In this document: one piece after another, positions 22,340-32,022 of the stretch
Numbering within the stretch: position 1 is the stretch's first letter
How the letters are laid out: the number at the start of each line of letters is the position of its first letter
Assembly: GCA_018335675.1 (NCBI GenBank)
Contig: JAGXRQ010000017.1
Coordinates: 8,051 to 72,050, forward strand
Length of the DNA stretch: 64,000 nt
Reading direction: 5' to 3'
Source of the DNA: Bacteroidota bacterium
Lineage (GTDB): Bacteria > Bacteroidota > Bacteroidia > Bacteroidales > UBA7960
Made by a program: the position numbers and the translations under genes
The notes under the pieces: model-generated
The model's input: the letters and a program-made list of their open reading frames with translations, nothing else
What the model was told of the DNA's origin: nothing
Databases searched by the model: none

Positions 22340-22993
22340 TTACGGATTCGGTTTTCTGCTTTTAAAATGTGGTTTAGGATAATTACCTTGTTTTTGATTG
22401 CCATGAGCTTTAGGAAGCGGGTGTTTTTTCTTCTTGCTTTTATATAAAATATCAGAAGTATTATGAAGCCTAACCTTATCATCAAGGGTAAGCTTGCCGC
22501 CTGACAAAGTAGCGAGATCGGCAGCGATATCTTCATCATTTACGGAATCACGACTCCATGTCAGGTAAGATTTTTTAAGGTGGTTTGCGATTAATTTTAC
22601 GAGAGCATTCTTTTCGTCGCCTTCAGGAAAAGCAATAGCTTTTTCTATCATTCTTTCAATATGCCTTCCATAGTGTTTATACTTAATATTATTAGAAGGA
22701 TAGCTAAGAATTTCGGGTTTTTTAGTAAGAGTTTCGGCAGAAGGTATTGGATATGGAGATTCAACGTCAAGTGAAAAGTTAGACATTATGAATAAATGAT
22801 CCCAAAGTTTATGTTTAAAGTCGCTAACATCTCTAAGGTGTGGATTTAGCTGCCCCATCACCTGAATTATTGCTTTCGCAAGAATGTTTCTTTTTTCAGG
22901 CGATTCAACAGTTTTAATATGTTCAATCATTTTTTGAATATTTCTTCCATATTCGGAAATATTCATTTTCGAGCGAGATGTATTATATTCCAT
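22340..22993 (-). CDS. DUF4290 family protein
   Basis: N-terminus MEYNTSRSKMNISEYGRNIQKMIEH matches my recollection of the Bacteroidota DUF4290 family. Conserved linkage upstream of murA. Confidence 0.7.
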   Translation of the reverse strand: MEYNTSRSKMNISEYGRNIQKMIEHIKTVESPEKRNILAKAIIQVMGQLNPHLRDVSDFKHKLWDHLFIMSNFSLDVESPYPIPSAETLTKKPEILSYPSNNIKYKHYGRHIERMIEKAIAFPEGDEKNALVKLIANHLKKSYLTWSRDSVNDEDIAADLATLSGGKLTLDDKVRLHNTSDILYKSKKKKHPLPKAHGNQKQGNYPKPHFKSRKPNP

Positions 22994-23133
22994 AGAAATT
23001 ATAAAATGAATTTGGTAGTTACAATGTTATTTACAGAGCAGTAATTTAAACATAAAATAAGTAAATTTTCAGGGCAATAATTAAATATAAGGGGTTGTTT
23101 AAAAATTCGGGGATCCCAAAACATTATCTGCTG

Positions 23134-23141
23134 CAAAGATA
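23134..23141 (-). promoter_or_regulatory. Candidate -7 promoter box (TATCTTTG) for the DUF4290-murA unit
   Basis: The minus strand reads TATCTTTGCAGCAG, an exact TAnnTTTG match in the helicase/DUF4290 intergenic region. Confidence 0.45.
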
Positions 23142-23166
23142 TGCAATTATAGTAAAATGCCAAGAA

Positions 23167-25464
23167 TTAACTTAAAATTTTAAGTTTTGCATATTTAAGC
23201 AATAGTTGTTTTTGTCCGAAATTATTAAATACTACAGATGCTTTTGCATTTTCACCTGCTCCTTCTATTGTTTTAATTTTACCAATTCCAAACCTTTGAT
23301 GCTGCACAACCATGTCAATTCTCAATTGAGCGGCAGTTAACAAAACAAATCCTGCATCACTGTCTTCTTGAGTTGCTGAGGGTGCGGAAGAGATTTTATT
23401 AATAGGTTTAAATTGTTTTCTACTTTCAGAAAAACTTTCTTTAAGCCATGAGTTATCTTTTGGTTTATTAATATTACCGGATATAACATTAATAAACTGC
23501 TCGTCAATTTCGTCAATAAAACGACTATGTTCGCAAAAATTAAATTCTCCAAATCTGAATCTGGTTTCTGCATAAGACAAGAATACCTTCTTCATTCCCC
23601 TGGTAAGAGCAACATAAAACAGGCGTCTTTCTTCTTCGAGTTCTGTTCTTGATTGGAGCGACATATGAGAGGGGAATAGATTCTCTTCCATTCCTGCCAA
23701 AAAAACAACGGGAAACTCTAGACCTTTTGCAGCATGCATAGTCATAAGAGAAACCCTATTTACATCATCTCTGTCGGTTTTTTCAGGCTCAGAATCGGTA
23801 AGCAAAGAGATTTCTTCAAGAAACACATCAATAGTTCTAAGAGCGTTTTCGCCTTCAACGTCACCGGGAGCTTCAGAAAAATCTTTAAGAGCACTGATTA
23901 ATTCTTCGATATTTTCTCTTCTTGTTACGGATTCAGGCGATTCATCTTCGTTATAAAATTTAATTATACCAGATTGATATGCGACCATTTTACCAAACTC
24001 AAAGGCATTATGATTATTTGCTCTTGCTTTAAAGCTTTTTATCATAAGCACAAACTCATTCAGTCTGTTAATTATTCCTGAGTTGAGTTGAACATTGAAT
24101 GCTGCCGGTTTTTGAGCCACTTCCCAGATACTTGAATTATTTTCATTTGCAGCTACGACAAGTCTGTCTAGTGTAGTATTACCGATGCCTCTTGCAGGGA
24201 AATTAATTATCCTAAGAAATGAAGTTTCATCGCTAGGATTTAGAACAAGGCGGAAGTATGCAAGAAGGTCTTTGATTTCTTTTCTCTGATAAAAAGACAC
24301 CCCACCGTATATTTTATAAGGGATATTAAGTTTCCTCAAGGCTTCTTCTAGCGCTCTTGATTGGTAGTTGGTTCGGTATAATATTGCAAAATCTTTATCG
24401 GAAAATTCATTATTTTTCTTTAGTTCAAAAATCCTTGAGCCAATAAGGGCAGCTTCTTCACTTTCACTTGAAGCTTTAAAGAGTTGAATTTTTTCACCAG
24501 ATTCATTATCAGTCCAAACAACTTTTTTAATTTGATCTTTATTATTAGCTATAACACTATTAGCAGCATTAACAATATTTTTTGTGCTTCGATAGTTTTG
24601 TTCGAGTTTAAAAATTTTATGTTCAGGATAGTCTGATTTAAAGTTTAGAATATTTTGGATATTTGCACCTCTAAAAGCATAAATACTTTGGGCATCATCT
24701 CCAACAACACAAATATTTTCATTGTTAGCCGCCAATTTTTTCACAATGAGGTATTGAGAAAAATTTGTATCCTGATACTCGTCTACAAGTATGTACTTGA
24801 ATTTGTTTTGATATTTATATAATACATCAGCATGGTCTCTAAGAAGGATATTTGTATTAAAGAGAAGGTCGTCGAAATCCATTGCTGCAGCCTTTTTAAG
24901 CCTCTGTTGATAGATTGAATAAATCATTCCAAGCTTTGGTTTTCGGCTTTGAGCGTCGTATGTTTGAATTTCAAAATCCTCATTATATTCGGGAGCAGAT
25001 ATAAGGTTGTTTTTTGCATTAGAGATTCTACTGAGGACAGCTCCGGCGTTATAAATTTTATCGTCAAGATTTTGCTCTTTAATAATATTTTTGAGCAACC
25101 TTTTAGAATCATCAGCATCGTATATTGTAAAGTTTGATGGATATTCAATTTTCTCAGCTTCAAACCTAAGAATTTTGGCAAACACAGAATGAAAGGTACC
25201 CATCCATAAACTTTTAGCTTTAGAACCCCCAACAAGCTGGGCAATTCTATCTTTCATTTCCTTAGCTGCCTTATTGGTAAAAGTTAGAGCAAGAATATTA
25301 AAAGGATCTATTCCAAGATTAAGCAAATGAGCTATACGATAGGTAAGCACTCTAGTTTTACCAGAACCAGCTCCGGCAATAACAAGTACAGCGCCATCAA
25401 CAGCTTTAACAGCCTTTTGTTGAGGTTCGTTCAAATCTGCCAAAAAATCAGTCATAAACAACAA
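23167..25464 (-). CDS. UvrD/PcrA/Rep family ATP-dependent DNA helicase
   Basis: SF1 motifs AGAGSGKTRVLT, VDEYQDTN, TMHAAKGLEFPVVF and YVALTRG. The start may be the second Met (MTDFLADLN). Confidence 0.93.
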   Translation of the reverse strand: MLFMTDFLADLNEPQQKAVKAVDGAVLVIAGAGSGKTRVLTYRIAHLLNLGIDPFNILALTFTNKAAKEMKDRIAQLVGGSKAKSLWMGTFHSVFAKILRFEAEKIEYPSNFTIYDADDSKRLLKNIIKEQNLDDKIYNAGAVLSRISNAKNNLISAPEYNEDFEIQTYDAQSRKPKLGMIYSIYQQRLKKAAAMDFDDLLFNTNILLRDHADVLYKYQNKFKYILVDEYQDTNFSQYLIVKKLAANNENICVVGDDAQSIYAFRGANIQNILNFKSDYPEHKIFKLEQNYRSTKNIVNAANSVIANNKDQIKKVVWTDNESGEKIQLFKASSESEEAALIGSRIFELKKNNEFSDKDFAILYRTNYQSRALEEALRKLNIPYKIYGGVSFYQRKEIKDLLAYFRLVLNPSDETSFLRIINFPARGIGNTTLDRLVVAANENNSSIWEVAQKPAAFNVQLNSGIINRLNEFVLMIKSFKARANNHNAFEFGKMVAYQSGIIKFYNEDESPESVTRRENIEELISALKDFSEAPGDVEGENALRTIDVFLEEISLLTDSEPEKTDRDDVNRVSLMTMHAAKGLEFPVVFLAGMEENLFPSHMSLQSRTELEEERRLFYVALTRGMKKVFLSYAETRFRFGEFNFCEHSRFIDEIDEQFINVISGNINKPKDNSWLKESFSESRKQFKPINKISSAPSATQEDSDAGFVLLTAAQLRIDMVVQHQRFGIGKIKTIEGAGENAKASVVFNNFGQKQLLLKYAKLKILS

Positions 25465-25512
25465 TAAAATAAAATAGTTAGAAAAACAGACAAGCCAGAG
25501 GGGGAAATCAAA

Positions 25513-28500
25513 TTAAATTCTCACTCCCATAACAATAATATCATCAATACGCTCGTGATGGCCAGTCCAATCAATAATAGCTTTCTCTAGGATATCCCTT
25601 TGTTCACTGCAGGGTTTTTGATTAACATTAACGAGAAGCTCTTTAAAATTCTTACTCATAAATTTCCTACCTTCCGGGCCTCCAAATTGGTCTTTATAAC
25701 CATCTGAGAAAGAATATAACATATCACCTTTAATAACATCAACTTCTTGATTCACAAAATTTCTATCAGCTCTTCTATGGATTCCGATAGGCATTTTATC
25801 GCATTCTATTTCAATAAGTTCATTGTTTCTTATTAAGTAAAGAGGGTTATTTGCGCCGGCAAATTGAATTTTCGACTTCTCTTTATCAAAAACATAAAGA
25901 GCTATATCCATGCCGTCTCTAGATTCACTTGCCTCGTCTTTTTGTCTGAGAGATTTCATAACCTGATCTCTGAGTTGGTCAAGAATTTGCCCGGCAGTAT
26001 ATTCCTGTCCTGAACTTACTATTTGGTTTAGATAAGCAATACCCAGCATACTCATGAAGCCACCCGGCACACCATGACCTGTGCAGTCGGCTGCGGCGAC
26101 AACAACTTTTTCGCCCATTTTCCCAATCCAATAAAAATCACCACTAACGATATCTCTAGGCATGAATAAGATAAACCTATCTTCAATTAGTTGATCAATA
26201 AAATCACTAGGAGGCAAGGCTGCAGTTTGTATTCTTTTGGCGTATGCTATACTGTTTGTGATGTTTTCGTTTTGTTTGGCAATTTTATCTCTTTGAAGTT
26301 CAATTTCGTCTTTTTGTTTAACAACCTCAGCCGTTCTTTCTCTAACAATTCCTTCAAGAATTTCTTTTTCTCTTTTCAACCTTCGAGTATTAAGAACAAC
26401 AAGCCCGTAAACAATAAGCACTAATATGATAACATAAGAAATATAAGCATATATTGTTTCATACCAAGGCGGAAGCACAGTAATTTGGAATGTTGCCGGT
26501 TCGGTTTCTTGTCCATAAGCATTTCTTGCTTTAACTTTAAACGTATAGCTACCAACTTTAATGTAAGAATATACTGCTTTAGTTTCCGTTGTCCACCTTG
26601 ACCAATTATCAAAGCCTTCAAGTATATAGCTATATTCTATCTTATCTTGATTGTCGAATAAAGGAGCCGAGAAGTAAAACTCCAAATTATTAAACTTATA
26701 GCTAAGGACAGGCTTAAGATTATCAGGTTGGATAAAAGCTGTTTCTCTAATCCCGTATTTATTAACATTATAATTTGTGCCTGCAAAAATCAAAGAATCT
26801 CCTAATGTATTAACCTTTCTAATGATAGTATTAAATTGTTCCTGATAATTCTTTTTCAAATTGTTATCATAACTAAAAAGTATGTTTGAAATTCCAAACC
26901 ACACAACATTATTTTCATCAACAAAAATTGCATCGCACCATAGAGGTGGCATTGGCTTAAATGCATGAGTTATCATTTTAAAACTTCCATCATTTTGCAG
27001 TATATACTTTTCAATCCAACCTTCCTGTTGACCAATATATCTAGACACCAGAAGGTTACTATTTTTATCTTCAGCAATTGCGAAATATCCGGCTTCTTTT
27101 CTAGAGTTAATATCTGAAAATCTATTATCAATATAGAAATTGTTTTCTTTTTCATTAAACAAGAAAACCCCCTGAGAAGTAGGGAATAAAATCTCTTTAT
27201 TGTATTTTTTCAGTTTAAGGTAAGTCAGATTTTCGGGCAATCCATTTTCTGAATTATATAATTCAACAGTTGGGTTATATTTACTTTTACTAAAGCCAAA
27301 TTTAGCATACCCTTTAGTATGAGAAGCTACCCAAATATCTCCATTATCATCTTCAACAATACCTTTTATTGAATAATTATGCTGATCTCTAAAATCAAGA
27401 AGTTTCCATGTATTGCCGACAAGTTCAATAACATCGAGTCCACCAGTAAGCCCAAGATAAATTCTTTCCGGATATTTTTCAGACACTTTGACTTCAAATG
27501 CATTATGTGTAATATCACCAAGCTGTTTAGTAATTGAATTGACTTTAAACTGATTATTAACTTCATAAACCTCTCCGCTTGTTGCAACAATTAGCCTTTC
27601 TTTTTTAGTTACCGGATGGACAAAAACATCTAAACTCCATGCACTCATCTTAATATCATCAATACTAATAAAAGTGGAAGGCTTATCAATATAAGTTTCT
27701 AAATAAAAAACTCCGGCAGTAGTTGAAACAACTATAGTATTATTAAAATTTGTGACATCAACTAGCAATCCTTTTAATCCATAGATTTCAGAAAACTGCA
27801 TAATAGGATCAAAAATATTGGCATATGACAACCCATTATCAAGTGCTATCCAAAGTGGCCCATTCTTAATGGATGAATTATGATAAATTGCATAAACTGT
27901 TTGGTCTTGAAGACCTGTCTGTTGGTTTATAATATATTCGATATTCCCTTTTCTATCAGCCACAATAACTCCTTCATTTGTAGCAAATCCGAATTTATTA
28001 TCAGGCAATTTAACGGCATTAAAGAGGTAGCTATCAATAAGAAGCTCTTGAGTTTCTTTTTTAAAAAAATCGGCATCAAGAGTATGATCATTTAAATTAT
28101 AAAGAAATACACCACTGTCATTAGTGCATATCATTAAATTATCATCGTCATACTTCAAAATTGCAAAGATATTTTTTCTTATAAAGAATTCCCCATTAAC
28201 AACGCTTTCAAAATTGCCATCCTTAAATTTCATAAGACCTTTGCTAAATGCTCCAAGATAAATATCTTGACCAATAACAAATGTAAACAAAGGATGAAAA
28301 GATTCTCTAAACGTTCTGGAATATCTATAAGTTTCGACTTCATCAAGATCCGAATTATAAGTATAAAAACCTAACCTTGTAGAAAAATGAACCTTATTGC
28401 CATAAGCATACGTTTTCCAGACTTCAGCGAATTCGTGGTAAGCAGTATCTACTTTGTTTAGCAGAGATACATATTGCATTGAGCCAATTTCATCGGGTTC

Positions 28501-28806
28501 TAGGTAGCCAAATTCACCAATAGATCCAACATAAACTCTACCTTTTTCATCAAGAGCAATAGAACGAGCAGCTGAATTGTTTGGGATAGCAATCATTCTC
28601 CAATTTGTGCCATCATATTCTAAAACACCGGCATTATTAGCAATATATATTATACCTCTTTTATCCTGAACAATACCCCAATTTTGCTCAGAAGCTTTGT
28701 ATGTAACAGCATTAAAATTTTTGACAGTCGGATAACCCAGACGGTTAACCTGAGAAATCGCAAAGAAAGGCATAAAGCAAATAAAAAATAAAATAATTCG
28801 CCTCAT
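25513..28806 (-). CDS. Membrane-anchored sensor phosphatase with periplasmic propeller repeats, a Y_Y_Y domain, a TM helix, a coiled coil and a PP2C/SpoIIE domain
   Basis: Signal peptide, then a repeated beta-propeller region. YSYILEGFDNWSRW...YTFKVKARN is Y_Y_Y-like and YAYISYVIILVLIVYGLVVL is the TM helix. The C-terminus has SpoIIE motifs (SGDFYW, AADCTGHGVPG, DGMD, SDGY). Confidence 0.8.
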   Translation of the reverse strand: MRRIILFFICFMPFFAISQVNRLGYPTVKNFNAVTYKASEQNWGIVQDKRGIIYIANNAGVLEYDGTNWRMIAIPNNSAARSIALDEKGRVYVGSIGEFGYLEPDEIGSMQYVSLLNKVDTAYHEFAEVWKTYAYGNKVHFSTRLGFYTYNSDLDEVETYRYSRTFRESFHPLFTFVIGQDIYLGAFSKGLMKFKDGNFESVVNGEFFIRKNIFAILKYDDDNLMICTNDSGVFLYNLNDHTLDADFFKKETQELLIDSYLFNAVKLPDNKFGFATNEGVIVADRKGNIEYIINQQTGLQDQTVYAIYHNSSIKNGPLWIALDNGLSYANIFDPIMQFSEIYGLKGLLVDVTNFNNTIVVSTTAGVFYLETYIDKPSTFISIDDIKMSAWSLDVFVHPVTKKERLIVATSGEVYEVNNQFKVNSITKQLGDITHNAFEVKVSEKYPERIYLGLTGGLDVIELVGNTWKLLDFRDQHNYSIKGIVEDDNGDIWVASHTKGYAKFGFSKSKYNPTVELYNSENGLPENLTYLKLKKYNKEILFPTSQGVFLFNEKENNFYIDNRFSDINSRKEAGYFAIAEDKNSNLLVSRYIGQQEGWIEKYILQNDGSFKMITHAFKPMPPLWCDAIFVDENNVVWFGISNILFSYDNNLKKNYQEQFNTIIRKVNTLGDSLIFAGTNYNVNKYGIRETAFIQPDNLKPVLSYKFNNLEFYFSAPLFDNQDKIEYSYILEGFDNWSRWTTETKAVYSYIKVGSYTFKVKARNAYGQETEPATFQITVLPPWYETIYAYISYVIILVLIVYGLVVLNTRRLKREKEILEGIVRERTAEVVKQKDEIELQRDKIAKQNENITNSIAYAKRIQTAALPPSDFIDQLIEDRFILFMPRDIVSGDFYWIGKMGEKVVVAAADCTGHGVPGGFMSMLGIAYLNQIVSSGQEYTAGQILDQLRDQVMKSLRQKDEASESRDGMDIALYVFDKEKSKIQFAGANNPLYLIRNNELIEIECDKMPIGIHRRADRNFVNQEVDVIKGDMLYSFSDGYKDQFGGPEGRKFMSKNFKELLVNVNQKPCSEQRDILEKAIIDWTGHHERIDDIIVMGVRI

Positions 28807-28947
28807 TATAAGCTTGTTAGAAATGATTAACTTTATAATTCAAAGTTTATAAAAGTATAAAAAAAAAATAAATTATGAACGATTTTTATATTTAGAAAAT
28901 AAACTTAACAATCTTTTTTATGTTTAACATAAAAATTCAACTAAGAA

Positions 28948-29829
28948 ATGAAAATACTAATATCAGGAGGTAGCGGATTTATTGGGAGAAATCTTCACAA
29001 TTCCCTATCTAAAGAGGGACATTATATAAAAATCTTAACAAGAGATAAAGACAACAAATATTTAGACCATAATACTTTATTTAGTTATGATTATTTTGAT
29101 AATGGCAATATTGAAAATTTTGATATAGTTATTAACTTATCAGGAGAATCTATTGGAAAAGGCAGATGGACTTCCAAAAGAAAAGAAAAGATATTTAAAT
29201 CAAGGATAGACACAACATCAAGAATTGTAAAAGCAATAAATACAAAAAAGATAACTCCTATATTATTAATTAATGCATCAGCAATAGGCTACTACGGAAA
29301 TCGAGGAGATGAAGAACTTAATGAAAGCTCTTTGTCAGGCAATGATTTCCTATCTCAAGTTTGCGTAAAATGGGAAGAAGAGGCACAAAAAGCAAATACA
29401 AGGGTTGTAAATATAAGAACAGGATTAGTGTTAGGAGACAATGATGCATTCAAAAAACTCATCTTACCATTTAATTTATACCTAGGAGGGATAATTGGGA
29501 GTGGAAACCAGTGGGTATCATGGATACACATAGAAGATCTGGTTAATGCCGTAAGTCACATCATCCAGGATGAAACTATTGAAGGACCTATAAACATTAC
29601 TTCTCCGAATGCATTAATAATGAAGGAATTTCAAAGAGTTATTGGCAAAGCATTAAAGAAACCATTCTGGTTATCTATCCCAGAGTTTGCATTAAGATTA
29701 ATAATGGGCGAGATGGCTGCAATTGTTTTAAACAGTCAAAAAGTTTTTCCTAAAAAACTAATTGCTTCAGGATTTCAATTTAAATATCCTGAAGCAACTG
29801 ATTCAATTTCAAATCTCATTAAAAAGTAA
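28948..29829 (+). CDS. SDR-family epimerase-like protein (YfcH/TIGR01777 type with DUF1731 C-terminus)
   Basis: Rossmann motif ILISGGSGFIGRNL. The 293-aa length and C-terminal SGFQFKYPE region fit the YfcH-like family. Confidence 0.75.
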   Translation: MKILISGGSGFIGRNLHNSLSKEGHYIKILTRDKDNKYLDHNTLFSYDYFDNGNIENFDIVINLSGESIGKGRWTSKRKEKIFKSRIDTTSRIVKAINTKKITPILLINASAIGYYGNRGDEELNESSLSGNDFLSQVCVKWEEEAQKANTRVVNIRTGLVLGDNDAFKKLILPFNLYLGGIIGSGNQWVSWIHIEDLVNAVSHIIQDETIEGPINITSPNALIMKEFQRVIGKALKKPFWLSIPEFALRLIMGEMAAIVLNSQKVFPKKLIASGFQFKYPEATDSISNLIKK

Positions 29830-29849
29830 AACTATTATTGACAGGTTAA

Positions 29850-31631
29850 TTATTTTACAATAATCAATTTCTCCTCCTGTTTAACAGTATTTCTTCCGTT
29901 TGAAGCATTATGCTCTATAAGTCGAAGAAAATACACTCCGCTTTTCATAATTGAACTTAAGTTAAATTCTTCTGAATGATTGCCGGATGAATATTCGTTG
30001 CGACCTGTTTTATAAACAATTCGGCCGTTATCATCTGATATCTCATAACTTAACACGTTTGGCTTTTCAAGATTAAATCTTACGCTAAATACTCCTACTC
30101 CAGGATTTGGAAATGTCCTGAAGTCATTTATTCCTTCCGAAATCTCTGCTATTGGAGTTGCTTCGTTGCTGTTGTATGTGTTTACATGAACAAGTCGGTG
30201 ACTTACATTTGATGCCTCTGCCCTACCCCAGGTAAGTTTTAATGCATCTACACCTTCTATTTTCATTAAAGCTATCTCTCCAATTTCAAAAGGTGTGTTT
30301 GTCATGCTGTATATTAGTCCAATACCTGTATCTTGATTGTATGATATTATGTGGTCGCTGTCAAGAACCAGACCTATATCAGCTTCATCAGACTCTTCTC
30401 CCTTAAGCTCAAAATACAGAGCTGTTAATGTGCCATCACTTAGGAAGCTAACATTACCATCATCATAAAGATATAAATGACCAGGTTCTGATATTACATC
30501 CTGAGGTGATTTAGCTCCTCCCATGATTAAGTTTATTAATGCTGTAAGGTCTGCTATATTGATAAACCCATCATTATTTACATCACCATTTTCAGTGTTA
30601 AATCCTACAGGAGGGCTGCCATTTATATAGCTTACCAGCCAAACAACATCCAAAACATTTACAAAGCCATCGTTATTTACGTCGCCCGGAACAGGAGGTA
30701 GTTGAGAAGAAGCCAAAGTAAATGCGCCAAACATAGTTGTTGAATTAAAACTATCAAAATTCTTTTGCGAAACATTAAAAGCATTTACGCCAAGGTTTCT
30801 CCATGCGCTGCCATTCCATACTGCTGCCAAAAGATTTTCATGATTAGCAACCTGACTGTAATAATTATCCCATGACAATATAACCTTAGCTCCAGTGCCT
30901 CCTGTTCTTGTCATTTCCCAGTATTCAATGTTTGTTACTCTATGAATAAGCTTCCCATTTACTACATTACCCTCTACCAATGGATTTGTATCCCAGCCTC
31001 CCAAGGGATCATTCTCTACGTGGCGGGCTGTTACAGTGGAAGCTGCATTCAGGTTGGAATAACCTATTGGGCGGTAATAAACTCCTGTTCCCAATGGAAA
31101 CAAAAAGCTATGATAAGTTGCATTGCCCCCTTTTCGCATATAGCCTTTTACATGGCTTGTTTCACTGCCTCCGGTGACGTTGCTTGTTAATCCCATACTT
31201 AGAATATTGGTCAGCGTGGTTGTTATGATGCCGTTTGTTAATATCAAGTCGCCTTCCAATGAAACAGGGGTGTTAAGAGTTAATCCACCCGACGACTTAT
31301 CTATCTTCAAGCTCTGCATAGTTATGGCTAACCCTGAGTTGATTAGCACATTACCTGTTCCTGTGAACATGATTACTCCGTTATTGGTGCCATGTTTATA
31401 AAAAGGATCGGCTGCTGATGTTACATTTATATTGCGATTGAGAGTGAGCAGACCTCCGGAATACAAGCGCCCTTGGCCGCCACCATTGTCGCCTATATTC
31501 AAATCCATATCTTGCAATCGAACTTGCACATTGCCCGACAAATGCATATTTGTGCCGCCTATATATAACTGCTGTGATATTAGCAGAATAGGGAAAAATA
31601 GCATTAGGCTGAGTAGTATATGTTTTTTCAT
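29850..31631 (-). CDS. Secreted protein with a tandem dockerin-type Ca-binding repeat pair and a T9SS C-terminal sorting domain
   Basis: Signal peptide, two repeats (GDVNNDGFVNVLDVVWLVSYING and GDVNNDGFINIADLTALINLIMG) and a C-terminal FPNPGVGVFSVRF...GVYFLRL...LIIVK sorting domain. Confidence 0.7.
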   Translation of the reverse strand: MKKHILLSLMLFFPILLISQQLYIGGTNMHLSGNVQVRLQDMDLNIGDNGGGQGRLYSGGLLTLNRNINVTSAADPFYKHGTNNGVIMFTGTGNVLINSGLAITMQSLKIDKSSGGLTLNTPVSLEGDLILTNGIITTTLTNILSMGLTSNVTGGSETSHVKGYMRKGGNATYHSFLFPLGTGVYYRPIGYSNLNAASTVTARHVENDPLGGWDTNPLVEGNVVNGKLIHRVTNIEYWEMTRTGGTGAKVILSWDNYYSQVANHENLLAAVWNGSAWRNLGVNAFNVSQKNFDSFNSTTMFGAFTLASSQLPPVPGDVNNDGFVNVLDVVWLVSYINGSPPVGFNTENGDVNNDGFINIADLTALINLIMGGAKSPQDVISEPGHLYLYDDGNVSFLSDGTLTALYFELKGEESDEADIGLVLDSDHIISYNQDTGIGLIYSMTNTPFEIGEIALMKIEGVDALKLTWGRAEASNVSHRLVHVNTYNSNEATPIAEISEGINDFRTFPNPGVGVFSVRFNLEKPNVLSYEISDDNGRIVYKTGRNEYSSGNHSEEFNLSSIMKSGVYFLRLIEHNASNGRNTVKQEEKLIIVK

Positions 31632-31987
31632 AGCTGTATGATTTATATTTTACTTTCCATAATTCTTAACCAATCGTTTAAAATTACAAATAATTTTTTA
31701 TTCAATTGAATTTTAATCAAATACAATCGACTTATTAACAAACCCTTAATCCTTGTCAAGTAATAATTTTTCTAATGTATAAATCCTGACCACATCAGTT
31801 GTATTTAGTTATCTTTAAACAGGATCCCCAGTTAGAATATTTTTTAAAGAGAAGTTTTATATCATGCTCAAATAAAAAATATTCATTTTGTAAATATATG
31901 TAAAATAATGTTAAAATATAAGCATTTGTTTAATGAATTTTTATTTCCCATTGTTTCACATATTGTTATATCAACAAAATGTATCGT

Positions 31988-31995
31988 TATCTTTG
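31988..31995 (+). promoter_or_regulatory. Candidate -7 promoter box (TATCTTTG) for the sigma-54 activator gene
   Basis: Exact TAnnTTTG match 28 nt upstream of the ATG at 32023. Confidence 0.5.
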
Positions 31996-32022
31996 CATTC
32001 AGCATAAAACAAACTTATCCAC

